Shown here: positions 19,741 through 20,259 of the stretch, in pieces
Numbering within the stretch: the stretch's first letter is position 1
Layout of the letters: every line of letters begins with the position of its first letter
Source of the DNA: Fonticula alba ATCC 38817
Lineage: Eukaryota > Protista > Nucleariida
Assembly (NCBI GenBank): GCA_000388065.2
Contig: KB932202.1
Reading direction: 5' to 3' (one strand)
DNA length: 20,259 nt
Program-made: the position numbers and the translations under genes
The notes under the pieces: generated by a model
Seen by the model: the letters and a program-made list of their open reading frames with translations, nothing else
Databases searched by the model: none
Told to the model about the DNA's origin: nothing

Positions 19741-20259
19741 CCCCCCCCCCGGGCTAGCGAGGCTGTTCTCGCTTTGGGCCGGTCCGCCCCCGCGCTCGGG
19801 TCGCGGCTGCCGCGCATCGAGAGTACCTTGGGAGTGGCTTTGTGCATGGTGCACACCAACAACCGGTCGGGCCCCGCGGTAGAGGGAAAAGCAGGCCACC
19901 CCAAACAGGCGCCCGGCCGACCCGAATGTTTATATGTGCGTGTCCGCCGAGCGGGGCAGTGGCGGCAAAACGCCGAGCGCGCTCCGACACGACCGGCCAC
20001 ACACAAACAGACACACAAACACCCGGCGGGGCCAGCTCGGCGTCATGGCGGGCGAAGAGCGCCTGTCCGATGGCCGCCATGTGCGAGCCAAACATTACCC
20101 AGCATTCCGCGAATGCGCCTACAGGCGCCCGCAACATACCCGGACCCGCCGAGGGGCAGGGACAAGAAAAGGGCCCATGTACCCACAAGTGCTGCAGGCA
20201 GAGGACAAGAGCGGGAGACGCCCCCGCTGGCACACTACCAACCAGAGAGAGAGAGAGAG

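Noticed and set aside
19754-20259. Possible exon(s) of a neighbouring gene at the window end
   Set aside because: Short open frames exist on both strands with no recognisable motif or consistent splice phases.

Overview
This is a GC-rich eukaryotic scaffold with short spliceosomal introns, five assembly gaps and many C/G homopolymers and microsatellites. The style and the Cys-rich secreted protein resemble Fonticula alba-type genomes, but that is inference from memory, not a database result. Seven protein-coding loci could be reconstructed from splice signals and frame continuity: (1) a signal-peptide ectodomain protein with no visible 3' end; (2) a 5'-partial IPNS-like 2OG-Fe(II) dioxygenase; (3) an 11-exon, ~1389-aa orphan helical protein with a Gly30 run; (4) a GT54/MGAT4-like glycosyltransferase; (5) an orphan two-TM protein; (6) a bZIP factor with a Q/H-rich tail; (7) TEX261/SVP26. 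I found no RNA genes, mobile elements or CRISPR arrays, and no clearly new multi-gene system. The best leads are the unexplained ectodomain/dioxygenase junction, a splicing code of poly-C 3' tracts and +4-pyrimidine donors, and two candidate alternative-splicing switches that carry the only +4A donors I called.
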